Assembly: GCA_002189035.1 (NCBI GenBank)
Contig: CM007990.1
Location: 1,054,001-1,118,000, forward strand
Length of the DNA stretch: 64,000 bases
Direction: 5' to 3'
Origin: Utricularia gibba
Taxonomy: Eukaryota; Plantae; Magnoliophyta
A program made the position numbers and the translations under genes. Under the pieces are notes generated by a model. That model was not told where the DNA came from and made no database searches. It was given only the letters and a program-made list of their open reading frames with translations. Positions 63,201 through 64,000 of this stretch are shown here, piece by piece. How positions within the stretch are numbered: the first letter of the stretch is position 1; the number at the start of each line of letters is the position of its first letter.

Positions 63201-64000
63201 TGCATCCTGTATTGCACCTGAAATGTAAATATATTAGCGCAGTTAACTTGAAAGAGAATGGAGAAAAGAATCCTGGCTAAAAAAATATCAAGAGAGAAAT
63301 TCAGGACTGGATATAAAACTTCAGATCTGAGGATGTGAACTGGATGAAGAAACAAAGATTCAACAAAGAAGCTGGAAATACACAAGAAGACATTCTTGAG
63401 ATTTTCTCGGTTTTTCAATACACAGCCTGGTGATTAAAATTTCCTGAAAAATAAAACAGAAAAAATCACCTGCAGTCTAATGGGTTTTACTCCAAGAAGA
63501 ACAAGTCGCTCAAACAGAGATTGTGCCAGGCCGGCTCGAGCAGCTTTCTTGCACATGATAACAGGACCAAGTTGGCAATGGTCTCCAACGAGAACGACCT
63601 AAAAAAATTCAATTTATTAAGAGTTAAAATGGCACTTCCAACAATAGTGCAGATGCCGTTCTACTGCTTACCTGCTTAGCTCCAAGAACAAGGGGAATAA
63701 GACACTCAGGTTCTGTTGCTTGAGTGGATTCATCAATTAGGACCTACAAATATTATAAAAGTAGCATTTGAAATGAGTGAGCAATGCGAATAAGTACTCC
63801 AAAATACAAGAAAATAAAGTAGCAATCTTTATCAACCAAATAAGGATGAAAATAAAGCACAAAAAATCTCTGAAAAATGAAAATATCCTGAGCAGACACG
63901 GCATCTGTCTTATAGACAATTACCTGGCGAAACCTGAAATTTGATAACCGAGGATCTCCAGCACCGACACAAGTACAGCATATAACATCAGCACTTTGAG
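60214..64000 (-). CDS. UPF1: regulator of nonsense transcripts 1 (SF1 helicase), 3' part; the gene continues beyond the window end
   Basis: [72 protein letters not shown], plant Q/P-rich tail ending QNQKLHFSG*. Confidence 0.97.

Noticed and set aside
751-64000. NRPD1 and UPF1 in one window as an RNA-surveillance gene cluster, or CCS, CuAO and CHCH-like as a copper cluster
   Set aside because: They are separated by many unrelated housekeeping genes, and ordinary synteny explains the co-location.
1-64000. tRNA, rRNA, CRISPR arrays, LTR or transposase ORFs
   Set aside because: GTTCGA-type hits fall in coding or leader sequence without cloverleaf context; no repeat-spacer arrays or TE protein motifs were seen.

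Overview
Gene-dense plant (eudicot) nuclear DNA with very short introns (mostly about 65-120 nt) and short AT-rich spacers. A compact genome, possibly Lamiales, is inferred from style only; the species is not established. I can trace 17 apparently functional protein genes, in order: NRPD1 (Pol IV largest subunit), HMGS, NUDX14, LHCA6, a YqaJ-like nuclease, an IRK-interacting-like protein, BASS2, an LRR-RLK, a GAE5-like epimerase, a copper amine oxidase, TL20.3, an E-class PPR, a beta-galactosidase, an ATAF-type NAC, an RFC small subunit, a nucellin/Asp1-like protease and BI-1. UPF1 is also present, with its 5' part outside the window. Two degenerate genes are also seen: a CCS-like gene lacking its Cys motifs and a truncated CHCH-like relic. 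There is one intact Tourist-type MITE plus MITE remnants. I found no tRNA, rRNA, CRISPR or autonomous transposon ORF. Four single-base deletions in G/C homopolymers break NRPD1, CCS-like and LHCA6 (twice), most likely long-read assembly errors. The best novel candidate is a 112-nt, G:U-rich, strand-asymmetric pre-miRNA-like hairpin 44 nt after the NRPD1 stop codon. All homology calls come from recognising motifs and sequences from memory; no database search was run.
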